A DNA stretch of 64,000 bases, from positions 102,054,001-102,118,000 of the forward strand of contig NW_024704743.1 in the NCBI RefSeq assembly GCF_018977255.1, written 5' to 3'. The notes under the pieces are model-generated. The model saw only the letters and a list, made by a program, of their open reading frames with translations, made no database searches and was not told where the DNA came from. The stretch is from Callorhinchus milii. Its lineage: Eukaryota. The translations under genes were made by a program, and so were the position numbers. Shown here in pieces: positions 12,844-25,850 of the stretch (positions within the stretch are counted from its first letter, which is position 1; each line of letters opens with the position of its first letter).

Positions 12844-13168
12844 AATAATAATAATAATAATCCTTGCATTTGATATAGCGCTTTTCACGTCGGGAGGACA
12901 TCCCAAAGCGCTTCACAGAACACACTGTAAAGTGAATTGACTGTATATTTGTGGGCGAACGCGGCAGCCAATTGCGCACAGCAATGTCCCACAAACAGTC
13001 GTAGATTGAAAATGACCAATTTTTTTTATTATTGTTTTTGGTTTTGGAGGGATTATTATTAGGCGTGTGGAGTAAGGAAACTTGCCCAAGGTTTCGCCCT
13101 GCCTGGAATTGAACTCAGATCTCTCGCTTGCAAAGCGAGTGCTCTAACCACTGAGCTACAGGACTCCA
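12844..13168 (-). mobile_element. tRNA-Ala-derived SINE, short form, full length
   Basis: Intact A/B boxes, L2-type stem-loop and (TTA)n tail. Confidence 0.92.
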
Positions 13169-14589
13169 TGTTTCACTTAAAGTGATAGGTTCCTATTCCT
13201 ACTTGCTGCTCAATCCGCCATGATTTTTCCTTGAACAATAGCCTTCTGCTTATTAATATCACGCCCACTTATTTACACTTTAGCACTGGTGTTATTATCC
13301 TTTGAAAATATGGAATTTCAATAGAAAAATAACAAGGCTCTGAACTCTACCTGTTCATGAGGAATGATTAAGGATTTTATTCAAATCATATGGCAATGTT
13401 TGCATGACAATAAAGGCCTACAGAATTTCGTATTTTGTTTTATCTAAATACGTTGTACATTTCACCCCGAGATTCTATTCCTTTGGGTTATTTCAAAGAT
13501 AGAGACTTCCATAGAGTGTTAGCCTGTTAAGTGTGATGGCCTTTTTACTGCTTCATGCTTTAATACCTTTATGTGATTGTTAAAGTGGGCATTTCATTTT
13601 TAGTTCACTTTGCAGAGACCAATCATAACCCACAAAATAAGACCCTCAGATTAAATGATAAACCATGTGAAGCGCTTGGAGACATCCTCCCGATGTGAAA
13701 GGCGCTACATACAGTATATGTAAATTGTTACTGTTATTGTAAGAAGAATGAATTCATTGCGTTAAGTACTTTCTATTATATCTCACAAAAATATCAGACA
13801 GCAAATGATATCTTACAATATTAGTTGTAACCCAAGTTTGGGATTGATAACATTTATGTTAGTTTATGTTAATTATATCCCTCAATTAAATTACATCTTT
13901 GAATACATTGTTCACTTTCAATAATGTAACTCACTCAGGAATACGTAATAATAATATAATAAATAATAATCATAACATGTTATATAGCACCCCCTTTTCA
14001 TTAGGATGACGTCTCAAAGCGCTTCACAGGACTCATTGAAATTGCAATTTGTGGGCAAACACGGCAGCCAATTTATACACAACAATATCCCACAAGCAAC
14101 CATGAAGTGAAATTAATTAAATAAAGTAAAGGCAAGTCAAGCTGTCAAGTAAAGGTTCCTCAATTATTTTTTGAGCCAATTGAGCCAATTGCGCACAGCA
14201 GTGTCCCACAAAAAGTCGTGGATTGAAGTGACCAATTTACTATTATTATTTTTTTGAAGGAATTATTAACCCCGGAAAAGCAATCCACCGTAACTTCTCA
14301 CCGTATTCCCGATACCTTATCTCGCCAATAACAAATTCAGTGCCTCCTCAACTTTTTGTTATTGTCTGTTTCAACCACTCCCATTAAATGGAGTAAGTAC
14401 ATTTGGTGTTAACAACACTGATTAATGGATTCAAGAGGCTTCAAAAATATCTTCATCCATGCATAAAACAGTTGCTGGCACTTGTCGTAGTGGGTGCTGG
14501 ATCATGTACGTCAAAGAGCTAGACATTCTTCTAATCAGTTTTCTTAATTAGTAGAGCTAATTAAGACACTGGAATATTTTCCTGTTTTT

Positions 14590-14931
14590 TCACTGTCAGC
14601 ACCATTCGGTCCCTAGGTGTGTACAGAGCCAGCAATGCTCTGCGTTGCCCACCAGTGCTTCTAAGGAATCCCTGAAAGCGAGTCTTTCCATTCACTGTGG
14701 TATTTCTGTCTCTCAAACCAACTACAGATTTGGCTTCTCCATACCACCAACAATTTAGCGTTAGTTAGACTTGAATTATGTTCAGATGTTTCTTGAGGAA
14801 GCTTGTGTAGTCGGATTAGGAATGACAAAAAGGCTCCTCCAGAGAGATTTGCATCTCACCAGCATTTTGACTAGATTCAATCTCAGGTCCCAGAGGTGAA
14901 AGGGATTCCTACCACATGCCACTTAATCTCC
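14590..14931 (-). mobile_element. Old SINE with LF-SINE-like head
   Basis: Reverse strand cctttcacctctgggacctgagattgaatctag resembles the LF-SINE head motif; body highly diverged; low-coordinate boundary is a guess. Confidence 0.4.
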
Positions 14932-15367
14932 ATAATTAACTTTTTTGTCAAAAGTCATGATATCTAGCATTTCAAGTTTGTTATACTTCAATTGCTGTGA
15001 CAGTATACAAAATAGCAGCATAATCAAAATCAATTACTACTCATTAAAACTCCTTTTGAAATGTCATATCTCATCGTAACCGATTTATACAGTGTGATAA
15101 ACGTGTGACAGAAAATGTAGATTTGCTGATCAGACAAAAGGAAAAAGCTTTCAGCTTTTCATAATACACTTTCATCTTGGTATATGCACTTGAAAAGAAA
15201 ATTGCAGATGTCAAAAAAAAACTCCATTTTAAATCCCAAACATGCTGAGCAGCTGGTGGGATTCAGCACATTTCCTACTGCAGTAACTCACTCACTGGAT
15301 GAATGGATTCTCATGACAAATGGCCCTCGCAACTACAAGTATATTATGCTTCTCCATTTAAGTGTTC

Positions 15368-15471
15368 TGGAGACCTTTAGCTCAGTGGTTAGAGCACTCG
15401 CCTCGCAAGTGAGAGACCTGGGTTTGATTCCCGACAGGCCGAAATGTTGGGCAAGTTTCCTTACTCCACAC
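15368..15471 (+). mobile_element. tRNA-Ala-derived SINE head only
   Basis: tagctcagtggttagagcactcgcctcgcaagtgagag...ttactccacac. Confidence 0.85.
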
Positions 15472-15856
15472 TTAGTTGTTGCTTTAATATGTGCAGATGC
15501 CATTGCACAATGGCAGGATGTAACCACGAGGGAGTGAAACATGGAGAAATATTATACCCGTACTTGTAAATATTTGATTTGAAAGCATGAGCCTCACAAG
15601 GCTTAGCTATATTGAAGTAGAACCTGAAATAAATGGCACAGCTGCCATTTCTCATCATGGTAGCATATTTAAAAAGGATTAGACAACAATGATTAAACAA
15701 CTGCTGGTGCTTAATTTTGCTTTAGCTAACTTATATAGAAGTGTGCTGTGTTATTGGGTGATACCATTTTGTAAATACATCTAAGATGGCTTATTGGAAT
15801 TTAAAGAATTAGCTGCATAACTGAACCCATGTGCATTAGCAATATGGATTGGGATG

Positions 15857-15936
<80 letters not shown>

Positions 15937-15964
15937 TTTGTTTGTTTGTTTGTTTGTTTGTTTG
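15857..15964. repeat. Compound microsatellite (CTTA)20(TTTG)7
   Basis: Direct reading. Confidence 0.97.
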
Positions 15965-16601
15965 TTTTGAATAAAAAAGTATTTTGTACTTGTCTTTTGA
16001 TGTTTTGAAAACATAATAATTCTTGCATTTGATGTAATGTCTTTCAAATTGGATGAACGTCTCAAATTGCTTCACATGATCTATTGCAAAGTTCTGTGAC
16101 TGCCATAGTTGATACTTGCCCAAAGCTAATGTTTAAGCATTTTGTGTTTACTTGAGAACTCTTTGTTTCACAGTGTACCAAATTTCAGGGACATTTATTA
16201 CCTCAGGTATTTTTTGCCATTTACTGTTTTGCCAGCCTTCCTGCTGATATTTGTAGATAGTCCACAAAATACACAATCATTCCACTTTACAGTAAGGCCC
16301 CGAGAAATATTCACTATGTGAAAAATATATCCAATTAAGAATTATTATTATAGGATGTTTGTCAAGTATATGTGTGCATTTTATGCATATTTAATGGACT
16401 TTTGTAAAAACAAATCGAAAATGGGGCCTATCACAGGTTGTTGATTCATCATATCAATCAATAAGTGTCTCAGTTTGTCCTTGGTTACCTTATCAATTCT
16501 CAAGTTTTCTATCACTGCTGCTCTTATATTTCAAATCTTGTCTTCCAAGCTGGTTTGCTCTGTGAAATGCTTTGAGATCTTACCTTATATGAATGCACTT
16601 T

Positions 16602-17035
16602 ATCCTCATCCTCACCTACAAGGCCATTCACGGCCTTGCTCCCTCCTACCTCTCTGACCTACTATCCCCCTACTTACCTGCCCGTACCCTCCGTTCCTCT
16701 GGCTCCGGTCTGCTCCACATCCCCCACCCCAACCGCCCTACCATCGGTGGCCGGGCCTTCAGCCTCTCAGCCTCGAGGCTCTGGAATTCCATCCCCCAGT
16801 GCCTTCGCCGCCTCCTCCCTTTCCTCCTTCAAGGCCGGTCTCAAGACCTTTCTCTTTTACCGTGCCTTCAGCTCCCCTCTCGACTCTCTACCCCCTCCTC
16901 GCTCCCTCCCTTCCCTCCCCTCACCCTGACCATTTCCCCCCTGCTCGGGACCTGACCCAACTGTCCAGTGCCTTGGGATGTCCTCCCGACGTGAAAGGCG
17001 CTCTATTAATGGAATCTTGTTGTTGTTGTTGTTGT
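16602..17035 (+). mobile_element. Young L2 3' fragment, same subfamily as 55507-59172
   Basis: Near-identical to 58740-59172; [21 protein letters not shown]. Confidence 0.95.
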
Positions 17036-17038
17036 TTG

Positions 17039-17165
17039 TCATAGAATCATACATCACAGAAGGAGGCCATTCAGCCCATCGTGTCTGGGCCGGTTCTTTG
17101 AAAAGAATCAAATCAATCCCATTCCCCTGCTCTCTCTCCATAGGCCTGCAAACTTGTCCTCCCCA
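17039..17165 (-). mobile_element. CR1 3' stub
   Basis: tcatagaatcatacatcacagaaggaggccattcagcccatc. Confidence 0.8.
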
Positions 17166-17622
17166 TGTACAAGTTGTTCTTTGACACTTCATAAAACTTT
17201 CAATATACTTGAAATTAATTAATTTTGCAAACTCTGACTTTCATACATTTCACTATTCTGCTTATATGTGATTCATTTTCCACATTTTGACGTGATTCCT
17301 GTAACAACCAGTTGGCTTTTCTTACATACCCTGATACCTTGGAAACTGGCAGCGGTGACTGTGTTTGAAATAGCATTAATAGCATTACTTTACCATCTAA
17401 AGTTCCATGAAATAAGTTCATGTCTGAGTTTCCGGAGCTCTGCATAGTTTGTCATACATAGTTTGTAATGGTAATTATTGCTTGTGGTTTACTTGTGTAT
17501 TTGTGGTTTACTGGAACATCAATGTAGGATTACTCTAATTGTTCCAGTCTTCTTAATGGCAACAACAACAACTTGCAATTATATAGCGCCTTCACGATGG
17601 ACAGTGTCTCAGAGGGCTTGGT

Positions 17623-17990
17623 GTGGAGTCTTGTAGTTTAGTGGTTAGAGCACTCGTCTCGTAAGCGAAAGGCCCTTGGTTCGATTCCTGGGCAGGACGA
17701 AATGTTGGGCAAGTTTCTCTACTCCACACGGCTCTATTTACATAGCAGTAAGTAAGAACTTGGTTGTTAGTCGATTGGCAGATCGCTTTACCGGGGTAAT
17801 GATCCCTTCAAAATAAATAATAGTAATAATTTAGTAACTCAATCCACAACTGTTTGTGGGACTCTGCTGTGCGCAATTGGCTGCCGCATTTTGCCCAGAA
17901 AACATATAGTCAATTCACTTCACAGTATATCCTGTAAAGCGTTTTGAGAATTCTCGAAGACTTGATAAGGCGCTATATCAAATGCAAAGT
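17623..17990 (+). mobile_element. tRNA-derived SINE, long form
   Basis: Same head and tail as the short form plus an internal block ctctatttacatagcagtaagtaagaac... Confidence 0.85.
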
Positions 17991-18787
17991 TTTTTTAACA
18001 ATAAAGTGAAGTGGAATGATATAGGTAACAGTTATAAAATAATCTGAAAGCAAATGGATAGCATTACGCCTTGCACCAGCAGCTCACAGTTGTATTGTTA
18101 GCAAACTGTTTACTTGGTGTCCCTGCCGACAATCCCCCCATAAAATTGATCATTCACTTCATAGCTGTTTGTGGGACATATTTGTGTGCAAATTGACTGC
18201 AGCATTCACCGACAGAATCCTGAAGAAACGCTTTGAGACATATGTAAAAGGCACTATATCAAATGCAAGGACTATCATTATTATTTCAATACAGACGTGT
18301 GTTACAGACGTACTGGCAGTTTGGAGCCTCACAAAGCACATTTTCAGGATTAAGTCTTAAAGAGCACTTAAACAAGCAATTAATGTGCTTAATTGCCTCC
18401 TCCATGAAATATTTCCTAAATCATTTTTGGAATGTGTGCAGTTATGCGCGCATAATAGTTTCACATGCCAAAGACTTTCAACTATTCCGAACCGATACAC
18501 TCTCCCTTAATTCCAGATTTGTGCTATGTTTACTGAATGACATCTGATAGGACCCATAAAATTTTAAAAAATATATATATTCTATGATTTAAAAAAAAGG
18601 GAGAACAGCTGGTTTGAAATTGGTTGTTCCTGATCTGTTATTGATTTATTAATTTTTGCACAAGGAACAACGCTGAGTGCCATATGTCATTTTCTGTGTA
18701 GAACAGAAGATCATTGGTCACTTTCATAACAATGGATGTTGTGTTGGATGAATAGACATTTGACTGCACTTCGAGCTTGCAGTCTAT

Positions 18788-19160
18788 CTAGGCTGAAGAC
18801 TCCAACACCCTGGTGAGGTGCACTGTAATATCGGAGGTACTGTCTTTGCTTGAGATGTTAAACCGAGGTGCTGTTTACTTGTTTAGATGGACACCCCAGG
18901 ACACAATTTGCAAAGAGAAGGGAGTTTCTCCCATGGTCCTGCCCAAAAATCTCCAGATAAAATCTGTCATTCTTGGGCATAATAATAATAATCCTTGAAT
19001 TTGATATACAGCTTTTCACATTGTCTCAAAGCGCTTCACAGAATATACTGTAAAGTGAATTGACTGCATTTTTGTGGGTGAAATGCGGCAGCCAATTGTG
19101 CACAGCAGTGTTCCATGAAGAGTCGTGGATTGAAATGACCAAAGTATTATTGTTTCTTTT
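18788..19160. mobile_element. Deu-domain SINE fragment (+, to about 18975) abutting a SINE 3' half (-, from about 18980)
   Basis: tcggaggtactgtctttgcttgagatgttaaaccgagg, then aataatccttg...ggattgaaatgacc. Confidence 0.7.
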
Positions 19161-22130
19161 TTTTTCTTGAGGGCATAAGACTTTGCTACCACTAATAAAC
19201 AGTCAGTCCACTTTACAATAAATCATGTGAAGCGTTTTAGAAGTCCTACTGACATAAAGGCACTATAACAAATGCAAGGATTACTATTATTGTATTATTA
19301 TTTAAAGTGGCAGTATTTTCACTGAGCAATCAAGGAGATTATTGACTTGAATTTCAGCTGAAGTTACTGCCCAAGAAATAAGGAAATCCTTTCATTGGTC
19401 AATGGAAAATATAGGGTGAAATTTATGCATTTCATAACAATGATTCTTGTGATAGTATTAAATATTATGAATTGCATAGTCACAACAGGAATAAGGAAAT
19501 CCTTTCATTGGTCAATGGAAAATATGCATAGTCACAACAGGAATATAAAGCAATAAGTTTGGTTCAACACTTATTAATGGGAAAGAAAAAAGGTAATAGA
19601 TCAGACAGAAGGAATCAATGAAATGTAGGACAACCTCATTATTATGCATCACGTTGCAGTGCAAATTTGCTTTTAATGTAGGTCTCCTGTTGACTAGCTG
19701 TTATCAGAAGTGCGGTAACCTCCAGTTTCTGGCCGACCGTCTTCCTGTGCAAGCAGCATACAGGAAGCCGTCTGTTCTGGAAGCGGGAAGTCATGTCAGT
19801 GGCGAACTGATGACCCAGAAGTAGAACCAGCAGCCATTTTCTCTTTTTCCGCAAACATGTTATAACGTGAAGTTTAAAATGTTGTGATTTGCTTTAACGA
19901 CTCTGTCATTGAAGAATGGAGAGCCATTACATTTTCCTTTGGAATGACTATTACAGAGTCTAATTACATTGGTACACTATTACATTGTGACTACCACAAT
20001 GCCATCTCTGCAAAACTACTCTCGGGAGGAACAAATATTGTGACGCACATGGCATCTGACTGGAGTGGCGACATTTACTTTCATTTACATTTACACAATG
20101 TTAACTTAGGCAATGCTCCATTACTAAGCCAATTAGATGACCTGCTCCACTGCCTCTCGTCAATAAGACATACTGCAGAGAAAAATCCATGAACTGTGTT
20201 CACTTATTTTCACTCTCACTGTTGGTAAACATTGAGAAGGGCAACCGTTCTCACCTCCCCTTTTCCCCCATGACTCTCCTAAAACTGTAAACCCAGTCAC
20301 CAGAAAGTAATGATCTAAACTGGAATCCTTCCACTCCCTTGTGCAGAATCATGATGCAGTGGAAATAAATTACCGATGTTTGGGCAGGCTGATCTATTTT
20401 GCCCTTCTAAGTGGGTTTGGGATTTTGGACACCATCAAATAAAAATAAACACAGATTGGGAAAAGTGGACTTAACGTGAGAGGTGAGTTGTCTTCATTCC
20501 TCAAATGTTCACTAAGATAAGGGTCTACTGTAATGTCACTCTATTGTCCTCACTTACCCCAACTATATAAAAAATCCAGATTGAAAGTCTGGCTTTGAAA
20601 TAAGTTAGTAAGTGTGGTGTGTAGTTTGCAATGTTAAATCTCATCGCTGGCAGTGGAGCACAATGTGATTCCTGCAATTCATTCTGTGAAGGAAAACACT
20701 CATCTTTCCCAACTGCCTTGTTCAGGATTTGTACTAGGCTACTTTAAGCTCCTTGGAATGTACTTCCCACGTGAAAGGGGCTATATAGATATATATATTA
20801 TGCCTCCTGCAGGACATTGATTTATAAACTGAATTCGCATTTAATTTCTGATTTATTTCAAAGTTACTTTGCAACCTCAAACAATATCTAGGAACATATA
20901 TAAAGACTGCAGATTTGTATATAGTGTGGGTTTCCCAGTACAGCATCCGCTGAGAAATGTGACACTGTGTATGAATGTTATATTATCCAAAACTTCTGTT
21001 CAGTTTTCCACTGGCTTTAATTGTGTTCCGACTCAGTTACTCCAACACCCTGTTCACCCTGATTTAACAAAAGTGGTTTGGTCCAAAGCCAATTTTCAAG
21101 GTATTTTGAGAACCATCTCAGATGCAGCTTAGAGAATCTGATATTTTTTCGACTGGGAAAATAATACTTTATTTCTGCTTCACAGGATATCCAGTCAGTT
21201 AAGTAGGTGTGCTGTTTTTAGCAGCCCTAAAACAGAGTGGAAATCCTTGGGCTCAACCATTGCACCAGATTTTGGTTCTTCACTCTCATACTCAGCCTTT
21301 AGGAGTCATGAAAAGTGTATGTTCTCATAACATATTCGATAACATGAAGGATCATCATTGAATCTGTTATGAAATAAAGCAATCTTTCATTTTTCACTCC
21401 AGTTCTGTGACGCACGATTAGCTTTAACTTATATCCTTGCGCCCTGGAGCAGAGAAGAAGCACATCTACTTATAAAGTGTGTTGTTTACAACATAACTAT
21501 GGGCAGCGACGCTGTGGAGATGAATACCTTGATTCATTGATTGTGGATGATGCCATCTATCAGAATAAAACTGCACTATAGTTTTGACACCTCAGGTGGA
21601 TAATGCTATAAAATTCTCAACAGCTGCTAATAAGTCTACCATGTCCTGATCGTTGGGTCTCTTCAAATGTCAGGATGATCTATTCAGCTTTATTAAACTG
21701 TGCGCAAGCTTCAGTGGAGCAGAGGTGTTAACCCATGCTAGTGACATGGTGCGTTCTTTGCTTATACCAGCTTTTATAGAGTTGAAATTTCAATCCACAA
21801 TTGTTGAAAGAGTTAATGTCAGTTAATGTTTATTTTCTCTGTCCAGTAAATGGGAAGAGGCATGATCAATTACAGCCTAGCATGCAAGTGGCCCTCTGAT
21901 AGGTAGTTGGGGTGCTGAATACCTTGTGACCAACACATAGGATAGGAGTTACTCAAGCCTCCCAAAACACAATGATCCATCCCACCCCAGAACCAGCATT
22001 TTATTAGCTTGTGGACATGTACTGTTCTGTTCGGATTTCATCCTCTCAGATCCTCTTTAAGCTGTACCCTGGATCACCACCACGTCGATCTGCGTCACAG
22101 TATCTCTGAACAGTAGACAAAACTTTAACA

Positions 22131-22556
22131 TAATAATAATCTTTGCATTTGTTTTTGCGCCTTATCACCTCATTGAGTTGTCTCAAAGCACTTCACATGA
22201 TATACTCTAAAATGGGTTGACTGTGTTTTTCTTGGAGCATGGCAGCCAGTTTGCACACAGCAATGAAGTGAGTGACTATTTTTTATTTGGGGGATTTATT
22301 GGCCAGTACATCGGGAGAGAGAAATCCCTTCTCTTTTCAAATAGAGCCATGGGATCACTAACATCTACCTGAACAGGCAGAAGGGATCTCAGTTTAACAT
22401 CTTGTCTGAAGGACAGCATCTCTGATAATGCTACACATTCCCAGTACTGCATTGGAGTATCAGCTTGGACAATGTGAATTCAAGTCCTGATGTGGGGCTT
22501 GAACCCACAACCTTCTGACTCAGAAGCCAGAATGCTGCCACTGAGCTCGGCTGACA
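22131..22556 (-). mobile_element. Deu-domain SINE, near full length
   Basis: Head tgtcagccgagctcagtggcagcattctggcttctgagtcagaaggttgtgggttcaagcccc, central Deu domain, L2-type tail. Confidence 0.85.
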
Positions 22557-22884
22557 CATACACGATGTTTAACAATATTATGCACAGTTTTGAGATAGTC
22601 ACATCTGGCCAGAGGAGAGAAGGTTCTAACATCAACAATTTATGGTAATGTCTTGTATGAAAATAACAGAAAAGAAACAAAAATAGCAGATTGAATAAAC
22701 TTGGTTGTATAAAAAGCATTTCACATGGATATATGTGTAACTCTTCCTGTTAGCGAGGACAATAAAAATTGAAAGCGATTACAAAATATTAGAATTGTGA
22801 ACACGTTTCTAGTAATGAATGCCAAAAAAACGTATTTGACTCTTCATGCGTGATTCCTGACTGACTTACGCAAACCTATCAACC

Positions 22885-23085
22885 ATGGGGTTGGGCACCA
22901 CAGTCAAGCGGAAATCTGTCTTTAGCCATCGTTTGCACGTGCTCCTGCAGCAACCGTCTCCAGATAGAAATCAGAAGCAGGAAAACTAGATGATTTTTTC
23001 CTCTTTATCCTCGTGATCCTGAGGACATTTAAGGTGCTCCCTACACCTGCTGTGACTGTGATCATTTAGCCCAACACGGAACTGC
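22885..23085 (-). mobile_element. Old SINE of a third family (also 30830-31215, about 43120-43180, about 9945-10030)
   Basis: Degenerate similarity among these loci. Confidence 0.4.
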
Positions 23086-23549
23086 AATGATTCATTCTGT
23101 GAAGAAACTGATGGCTTTACGTTTCAACCATTCAAGAGAAACTACAAGGATTCGGAACAACTTGCTTATATATATGTTCAAGGGATAGGGTATGAGTGAA
23201 ATAAACCAGGTAGTCTATAGCTAATATGGAAAGGGCTTGAGTTGAGCAATTATTCATGGACTTCAATCTAATGCAGTGTTTAATTACCTCAGTTTAAAGC
23301 CCCCTTGAAAAATGTTACAGTGAATGATATGTTCCCTCCCTCTCCTTTTATGTGTCAGCAATAATAATGCTGAATGATTCAGGGATCTACATTAATATTC
23401 AAGGAATGTTTTTCAATCTGATGTTTCTTAAAGGAAAATGTTTCTGCATTTAACAAGACTTGTGTTGTCTGAGCCACATTTGCAAGTCTAGCAAACAACA
23501 ATTCTAGAACTCTGTTTTGATGATGGTTTGTGGTGGTGCCAGGGATTTG

Positions 23550-23850
23550 TCTGAGGTGCCATCCTTCAGATGAGACATTAAACCATAATTCCTATTCATG
23601 TAGATGTCAAAGGTCCCATGACACTTTTTGAAAAGAGGAAGAAATTTCTCCCAGTATTCTAGGGGAAAATCCCCTACATAAAACTTGATCTTTCATTTCA
23701 TTGGTTGTTTGTGGGATATTGTTGTAAGTAAAATTAGCTCTTGTGTTTGTTTAGAAAATATAGACACTACACTTTACAGTAAATCAAGTGAAATACTTTG
23801 AAATACCCTCCTAATGCGAAAGCCACTGTTTCAAAGGCAAGAATTATTGT
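23550..23850 (+). mobile_element. Deu-domain SINE fragment
   Basis: gaggtgccatccttcagatgagacattaaacc...aggtcccatgacact...tail. Confidence 0.7.
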
Positions 23851-24804
23851 TAATTATTTGCAAACTTTATTCCAAATCTGAGCAATAATCACTTAACTTG
23901 TATCTTATCCTGGAATCTACTACTCTTTACCATCAATAATGCTAAGATTTGAAAGGAAAGAAACATTTCCAAATACCTGTAAAGTCTAATTTAAAAATAA
24001 GAAATCTGAAATGCAAGGAATTTAAACAAATTATAGTGAAGCCAATTTTAAAAAAAGGTTTTAAAAAGATTGTGGAAATGGTTTGTCAAACAACTGGAGA
24101 AAATGTTACTGACTATTTCCAGGAAACTTTCCCAGATTCCTATTCCTATTTGAAGTGTTGGAAAAGGATAAACTCTCACCAAATAATATTCATGGCAATG
24201 TACTTCTTACGTACAGAACGGCATACTTAACTTGTTACGTTAAAGTCTACTTGAAGCAACGTCTTTGTCTCTCTCCACTGAATTGTAATATAAATTGATC
24301 AAGTTAGTTATAAATTCAAGGGGCTTTTAAGTCTAAATTCTAAAATGATTTTGTTCATGTCGCTCACTTCTTACACATAAAGGTCTTCTGACAATGTTAT
24401 GTTAACACAGCTGGACGTCAGAAGTTTCATGACTACCGCTGCTGTACAGTTCAGTACGTTGAATCAATATGCTATGTGTTCCACAGTTCAGATAGTGCAT
24501 ACATTACTTTTCTTTCTTCTTAAATACCAAAGGATTCAGTGTTGGATTGAAAATGTCTTTGAATTAAACAGTTCTGCACAGGTAAAACATAACTCAGCAG
24601 CACGGGATCTATGGTCTTCATTTGGCTTCACTATAATTTGTTTGCGAATATTCTCCTCTTTTCTTTCTGACTCTGACACCAGATGCCCTTTGATATCTTG
24701 CCAAGTAGAGCCATTATTCAAATGTGAGCTGCGAGGGTTGGCAGGCAGTTAGACTACAACGAAACAGAGTCCTGTTCTCACCACCCAGACACCTTCTAGG
24801 AACT

Positions 24805-25120
24805 ACAACAACAACAAAATGACATTTGTATAACGTCTTTCAGGTCGGGAGGACGTCCCAAGTTGCTGAACAATCAGCTGGGGCTCAGGATTGGGGAGGG
24901 TGGAGGGCAGGGGGGGGAAGCAGGGTGATCGAAAGCATGGTCGAAAAGGAGGGTCTTGAGATGGGTCTTGAAGGAGGCAAGGGAGGGCGAGAGGCGGAGG
25001 GACTGCGGGACGGAGGGCATCTCAAAACAAGACACCAAAGTTCTGGAGTGGCTTAGTAAGGTGGAGTGTGCATCCATGGATGAGGTGTGGAGGCGCTGAT
25101 GGGCAGGAGGAAGCGGAACA
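24805..25120 (-). mobile_element. Internally deleted L2 3' fragment
   Basis: IHGCTLHLTKPLQNFGVLF joined directly to PQSLRLSPSLASFKTHLKTLLFDHAF and the tail. Confidence 0.85.
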
Positions 25121-25599
25121 GGAGAGATGTTGGATACTGATCAAGAGTGAATAGAAAGGGTGGTTTCCTTCTCCCCACTTCAAGAATGTTGAAGCAATTG
25201 CACTGTCTTCAACTACTACTGTATCAGTTAATTCAATACAAACAAAAATAAAACTGTATCTGTTGCCCAGTCCTACATTGGGAGTGTCTTTACTCACTGG
25301 ACCAATACGATGATAATGACTCAGCTGGCAATTTAAGAATATCATTGAAAATAGAGCAATCCAAGGATTTTAGTTTGAGAATAAATTAATAGTATACAAC
25401 TTCTAAAAATTGCAAAAGGTTTTTTTCAGGCTGTATCATTTAAAAAAAAAGCCAAATCTTATAATATGGAATAGATTGAGATTGAAAAAAAATGCATAGA
25501 ATTGGTCTTTCATATGCCCAAGTCATACTTCAATTACTAAATAAACAATAAATCTCAGTTGATTCAATCCATATTGACACAAATGTGTTAAATTGAAAG

Positions 25600-25850
25600 T
25601 ATTATTTTTGGTTAGCTGAATATCTGACAAATACGGGACCCCATCACTATGCTTAAGAGTACCCAAACCAAACATAGTTCCATGCATCCCACCTATACAA
25701 GGAAATTCCAGAGATATTTGTTGGAATGGAATGCACACTCTCTCCCTGGAGGGACACAGCCTGCTTAACTAATTCTGCAGAGTATTAGGTGCAGGTTGGC
25801 AAGAGTTGCGGTCCCCGGAGTGTGTGTTGTGGTACTGCTGGAGTCTAACC
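25600..25850 (-). repeat. Unclassified dispersed repeat, copy 1
   Basis: Reverse complement aligns by eye with 48870-49111 and 45520-45752. Confidence 0.65.
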
